Of a stretch of 64,000 bases of DNA, positions 62,301 through 64,000 are shown piece after piece. The notes beneath the pieces were generated by a model. That model worked only from the letters and a program-made list of their open reading frames with translations. It did not search any database and had not been told where the DNA came from. Location of the stretch: NCBI RefSeq assembly GCF_002113885.1, contig NW_018407853.1, forward strand, positions 534,955 through 598,954, given 5' to 3'. The position numbers and the translations under genes were made by a program. The stretch is from Mizuhopecten yessoensis (Eukaryota). Every line of letters starts with the position of its first letter. The first letter of the stretch is position 1.

Positions 62301-63427
62301 ATGCATTTACGGAGCTGACGTCAGATCATTCGTGTTCTGAAATAAAAGCCATAGATATTCTCCTCGGATCCCTGGACGTGAGTAAACATTATTAAGAATA
62401 TGCAATTTCACCCAATAGAATAGACTTTGGCTTAACCGTATTGGTCGTCTCCAAAATGAACACCATTTATCAATTGTACACTTTATTAGCTATTGTATAT
62501 TTAAAATCTCTTTTCAAGGTTTAAATAATTACAACTATTTGCCGCAAGGTATTTGATTTGATAAAAATGCAGTTAGCATTTCACAATAAATTAAGTGCTA
62601 TAGTAGCTCATTCATTTGATATATCTATATAATTTCATGACATCTCTAAACGCTTAGGATTTCAAGAAATGCCATAGATTATGTTTAACCCCAGGATGAA
62701 TTCTTATTTTTACTGTATTCGGTTTCTGGACCAAAAACAACAAGAGAAGATAAAACCATAGACATTTTAAACTTATCGTATGGTCCTGACTACACTGTAT
62801 GTATTATTATTTCTATGAATTCCAAATAATAATAAATAAGCAGCGCTGACCCCTGATGGAGATAAAATTTAAATAATTGCCAAGTCCCACCAGGTGTATT
62901 TTACTATGTGATATACATGCATTCCGTTGTCCTGAACAAATACAATAATAATGACCTGGATCTACAAGGAATCTAAGATGGCCACTTTGGTATCAAAATA
63001 AGTAAACACACATTTTTGCTCAGTACATCGTTTACTTAGAAGATGTGGTTGGTATTACAGTTACTTGTAACACACCTGTTGTCAGAAAAGGGGAGAGATC
63101 GCTGTTATTTCGAGATGTGGGGTGCAATCATGGTATTATAGTTTGTGTCATATAATATTGTTGCGATAGCTATAACGTGTTTTGTTTTTACTGATGTCAT
63201 CTAATAATTTCTTTTATCAGGAAAGTTTTGATTTCACGGCCAGCATATCAGAAAATCAGCTGCAACGATTAGAACACAGCACACAGATGCTGACAAACAT
63301 AGAAAAGACAGATACGCATGGAGCGGTCATGCAAAACAGACAGGTTGATTTGGCGAAAACCCTTCCTGCCAAAAGCGGAAATAGAGATCAAACGCAACTG
63401 CAATCTGAACACACAGGAGACAAAATG
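59342..63427 (+). CDS. Mieap/SPATA18-like (mitochondria-eating protein family) coiled-coil protein, 5' part; continues past right edge
   Basis: In-phase exons 59342-59566, 60048-60263, 61164-61546, 62176-62377, 63221-63427. A coiled coil is followed by ALNRLSEIAGQKLRQNNPAITDLSTDNRPTKIAERFKELYANQWTDAF, the motif of invertebrate Mieap-domain proteins (from recall). No stop codon exon was found in the window. Confidence 0.75.
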
Positions 63428-63749
63428 GTATGTCCGAATTTTTAGATAAGACATTAATAGCATAGCAATACAATGTCTGAAAAGTCTATAATCATGTCAG
63501 CACGCTGCCTAAATCTATTTTACGGTCGGCATCAAAACCTGATTTCCAACTATTTTAGTATCTACAATGATTGAGTTGGCCATCGTGTGTCATTGTAGCC
63601 TGCATAATTGGATTTGATATGAAACATCGTGACATCTGCTGCATCTGACTTCAGGTAACGCTCAATCTTCTTGGGTACCTGTTTCACATCCGGATTTTCG
63701 GGCGATTTCTGATGTCATTCTTATTTTTGGTGTTTTCCCTCTTCGTTTT

Positions 63750-63898
63750 ATTTTTTGTATGACTTTGAAGTACCATATTGATGATTTACTTTTTGTATGA
63801 CTTTGAAGTACTATTTCGATGTTTTACTTTTTGTATGACTTTGAAGTACCATGTCAATGTTTTACTTTTTGTATGACTTTGAAGTACTATTTCAATGT
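63750..63898. repeat. 38-bp tandem repeat x4
   Basis: ttttgtatgactttgaagtac repeated four times. Confidence 0.88.
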
Positions 63899-64000
63899 TA
63901 ATCGCAGCAGTGACGGTATTTTTCTGACCACATCAGGATTTGTCCGTAATAGCGTTGTATCTTTTATTGGCAATATGAAATTGGTCCTTGTTAATGAGTA

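Overview
AT-rich, intron-containing animal genomic DNA with two N-gaps. The repeat families (Helentron-associated HINE/'pearl'-type elements with internal 146-180 bp satellites, tRNA-derived SINEs) and a Mieap-like gene suggest a bivalve mollusc (inference). Six protein-coding genes were assembled by hand from GT-AG junctions with consistent phases: (1) SLC30A9/ZnT9-like, minus strand, running off the left edge; (2) head-to-head with it, a Zn-dependent HDAC-fold deacylase with a presequence-like N-terminus and a 3.8 kb 51-bp minisatellite in its first coding intron; (3) ZWILCH, minus, only 3 coding exons; (4) EXOSC8, plus, 11 exons, sharing a 197-bp bidirectional promoter with ZWILCH; (5) an intronless 705-aa ORF made of a mitochondrial-presequence-like leader plus eight tandem 75-aa KH domains; (6) a Mieap/SPATA18-like coiled-coil gene running off the right edge. 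The best candidate for an undescribed system is gene 5: its near-identical KH repeats vary mostly at two short patches that map to the KH RNA-binding groove, reminiscent of a TALE/PPR-style modular recognition code. A second oddity is repeated tandem duplication of real splice junctions in EXOSC8. Most long ORFs at 13.6-17.6 kb and 39-40 kb appear to be repeat artefacts. All homology calls come from recalled family motifs, not database searches.
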